Assembly (NCBI GenBank): GCA_951812955.1 | Contig: OX638340.1 | Coordinates: forward strand, 1,632,001 to 1,696,000 | Direction: 5' to 3' | Length of the DNA: 64,000 nucleotides | Source of the DNA: an uncultured Gemmatimonadota bacterium | GTDB taxonomy: Bacteria > JAAXHH01 | Shown here: positions 61,787-64,000 of the stretch, piece by piece | How positions within the stretch are numbered: the first letter of the stretch is position 1 | How the letters are laid out: each line of letters opens with the position of its first letter | The notes under the pieces: generated by a model | The model's database searches: none | What the model was told of the DNA's origin: nothing | Seen by the model: only the letters and a program-made list of their open reading frames with translations | Position numbers and translations under genes: made by a program

Positions 61787-62752
61787 TTATTTTAGTTCCA
61801 CCTCGATCGTGCCCAGCGTCGTGTAGCTCATCACGGACTTGCTGCCGGCGCCCGCGCGGGGCGGCGGGAAGACCGTGCCGGTGATTACCACGTCTCCTGC
61901 CCGGAGATATTCGTCGCTGTAGGTAGTCAACTCGTTGGCCAGCCAGGTCAGCGCTTCGAGGGGGTCGACGCCCATATTCATGGTGGCCAGCGCAGAGGCC
62001 CTTTCCTCGCCGTCGATCTCTACGGTCGCGGTTTCCTTCGTGAAATCCATCTCGGCGAGGGGCACGCGCGTCTCGCCCAGGATGATGCCTACGTGAAAGA
62101 CATTGCCTGTGACATCATGGTCACGTGTGGACGGGTTTTCCTCGGAGCCACTGGTCCAGGAGGAAAGCAGCTCGATCACGCCACCGACCGCAGAGACCGC
62201 ACTGCCGACCTGCTCCCGGGTAAGATCGGGACCGGGCAGGTCCTCGCCGATCCAGAAGGCGAATTCGCCTTCCACGACCGCCGAGTCCGCTACGAAGGAC
62301 GCCGCTTCCACGGGCGTTCCGGGCTCAAACACGTTAGACGCCATGATATGGCCGTATATGGGGTCCAGCGTGGCCGGGTCCTCGGGCATGCGTGAAAAGC
62401 CGATCTTCCAGCCGACCCGTTCTTCGGTCTTGAGCTTCTCGGCCAGGATGTCCGCCTGGATGTCGTAGGCGGTCTGGCGGTCCAGATCGGGGAAATTTAC
62501 CGCCATGGCCTCGGTATTGATCTTCTTCCCTTCGGCCTCCAACAGGTGAGCTACGATGGCGGCCCGGTCGGAGTCTGGCGAGAGGGTGGTGGTGAGGGAC
62601 TCGGAGGCGGGTGCGGTTTCAGCGTCGGCCGCGGATTCGGACTCGGCTGGAGGCGCTGCCGTTTCCTCTTCTGTAGTCGCACACGCCATGCAGACCGACA
62701 ACATGGTCACCAACGCGCCACCCGCGAGTATTGCCGACAGATTCCGGTACAT
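61787..62752 (-). CDS. Fumarylacetoacetate-hydrolase-fold hydratase family protein (2-keto-4-pentenoate hydratase MhpD-like), predicted lipoprotein
   Basis: RVGWKIGFS motif region. The N-terminal lipoprotein signal MYRNLSAILAGGALVTMLSVCMACA sets the start at 62752, which also removes overlap with the upstream gene. The family assignment is tentative. Confidence 0.45.
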   Translation of the reverse strand: MYRNLSAILAGGALVTMLSVCMACATTEEETAAPPAESESAADAETAPASESLTTTLSPDSDRAAIVAHLLEAEGKKINTEAMAVNFPDLDRQTAYDIQADILAEKLKTEERVGWKIGFSRMPEDPATLDPIYGHIMASNVFEPGTPVEAASFVADSAVVEGEFAFWIGEDLPGPDLTREQVGSAVSAVGGVIELLSSWTSGSEENPSTRDHDVTGNVFHVGIILGETRVPLAEMDFTKETATVEIDGEERASALATMNMGVDPLEALTWLANELTTYSDEYLRAGDVVITGTVFPPPRAGAGSKSVMSYTTLGTIEVELK

Positions 62753-62787
62753 AATGACTCCTGTGAAAGTGTGTATATCCGTCAGTG

Positions 62788-63351
62788 TTACTGAAAAAGT
62801 CCCATGATTGAAAATACCAGGACGAGGAGGAATGCAGCCGTCAACACCCAGGTCAACCACCTTTTACCGGGTTGACGAACCCAGTAGAATACGAGCACGG
62901 ACAGGGTCAGCGCCTGGGCGAATGTCTCGATACTGCCGCCACCGAACTGAGCGCTTAACGGGATCGTTGTATAGATCAGACCTTCTATGGAACCCGGTGA
63001 CGGACCAAAGGTACTCAACATGCCGATCACCACCAAAACCACCCACATGGTCAGCCAGCCGTATTCCCGACCGAAATACTCAAGGCGCAACAGGTAGAAT
63101 ACGACACCGAACAATACCCCACGTACGGGCTGAAAAAGTGGTCCGGCCAGTAACAAAGGATCGTCCATACGCCGCATGTAGACGTTGAAGACCGGTTCGT
63201 CCCAGAGCGCCCTGTAGTCGAAAAACGCAAATGCCAGCGCACCCGCGGCAAAGTACGTCACGGTGTGAACTACAGTGGTTTTCGTGACGATACCCGCCAG
63301 AGTCAGATGAGAGGCATGAACCATTTTCGCTCCTGAAGCACCTACGGACAC
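62788..63351 (-). CDS. Hypothetical integral membrane protein
   Basis: Four to five hydrophobic helices. No recognised family. Confidence 0.4.
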   Translation of the reverse strand: MSVGASGAKMVHASHLTLAGIVTKTTVVHTVTYFAAGALAFAFFDYRALWDEPVFNVYMRRMDDPLLLAGPLFQPVRGVLFGVVFYLLRLEYFGREYGWLTMWVVLVVIGMLSTFGPSPGSIEGLIYTTIPLSAQFGGGSIETFAQALTLSVLVFYWVRQPGKRWLTWVLTAAFLLVLVFSIMGLFQ

Positions 63352-63528
63352 GATGACGGCGGTACTTGCGGGTACTATGGCGACAATATCTGGAGTTTAA
63401 CCATAACATACCGGCTGTCAAGTCTTTACCCTTGATTCACCGCGGTCCTGAAGGTACTATTTCACCCATAGAATCCCTATTGCCACGACGCGGCACGGAA
63501 CAGCCGCATGCCACCCAAGGGAGCGATC

Positions 63529-64000
63529 CATGACCACTGACGACCGCCTCGTATCTCTGCTCCAGGAACTCGTGTACGCCCGGGGACCTTCAGGCCAGGA
63601 GGACGAGGTCCGGACGGTCTGTGAACGGGAACTGCAAACTCTTTGCGACGAGACCCGGGTCGACGCCGCCGGCAACGTCATCGGCCTGATGAAGGGTCTA
63701 AAGGCGGACGCCCCGGTAATCCGTGTGATGGCGCACCTGGACGAACTGGCCCTGGTCGTCAAGCGCGTCAACGAGGACGGAACCCTCCGGGTCAATCCAC
63801 TCGGAGGCATCTACCCGGCGAACTACGGGCAGGGACCTGTCGAGATCCTGGCGGACAGCGGCATCCTTCCCGGCGTGCTCTCTGTCGGACCGCAGCATAC
63901 AACGGCCGATTCCGCCCGGATCTGGGAGACCAAGATCAAGGGCGGCAACGTGGCCATGGATTGGAATCACGTGTACGTGTTCACGCGCATGACGCCGGCG
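63529..64000 (+). CDS. M42-family metallopeptidase (glutamyl aminopeptidase/FrvX-like); partial, continues beyond the window
   Basis: N-terminal LLQELVYARGPSGQEDEVR...AHLDELALVV pattern characteristic of M42 peptidases. Confidence 0.7.

Overview
This 64 kb window is high-GC bacterial chromosomal DNA. It contains a compact (~286 aa) Bacteroidota-type primary sigma factor, so it probably comes from an FCB-group bacterium; that taxonomy is inferred from one gene. Coding density is high and most genes look like housekeeping or stress genes. Recognisable genes include dnaK and a small Hsp20 chaperone, gltB and gltD, pgk, dapF, queE, a ybdK-type ligase, a Kef-type antiporter, a LysR regulator, and one tRNA-Asn(GTT). 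There are two type II toxin-antitoxin modules (RelB/RelE-like and MazE/MazF-like) and a nucleotidyltransferase-fold gene with a small partner ORF. I saw no CRISPR array, no transposase or integrase, and no prophage genes. The regions I would look at again are these: (1) an ECF sigma / anti-sigma / three LTXXQ-motif gene cluster in which the same promoter-like motif occurs twice, with identical spacing; (2) a molybdopterin oxidoreductase whose Fe-S and NrfD-like membrane subunits are fused into one gene that precedes the catalytic gene, with no Tat signal on either, which resembles cytoplasm-facing SoeABC sulfite dehydrogenase; (3) a 928-aa lipoprotein beside tRNA-Asn with Ig-like domains, about 16 plant-type leucine-rich repeats, and a six-fold C-terminal repeat; (4) a PspA/IM30-like operon with an unusual secreted partner; (5) a PfkB kinase whose conserved N-terminus is encoded upstream of any canonical start codon, with ATA where an ATG would make a 4-nt stop/start overlap; (6) several short tandem DNA repeats at gene junctions. 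No BLAST or HMM search was possible. Every product call rests on remembered motifs and my own translations, so confidences are moderate.
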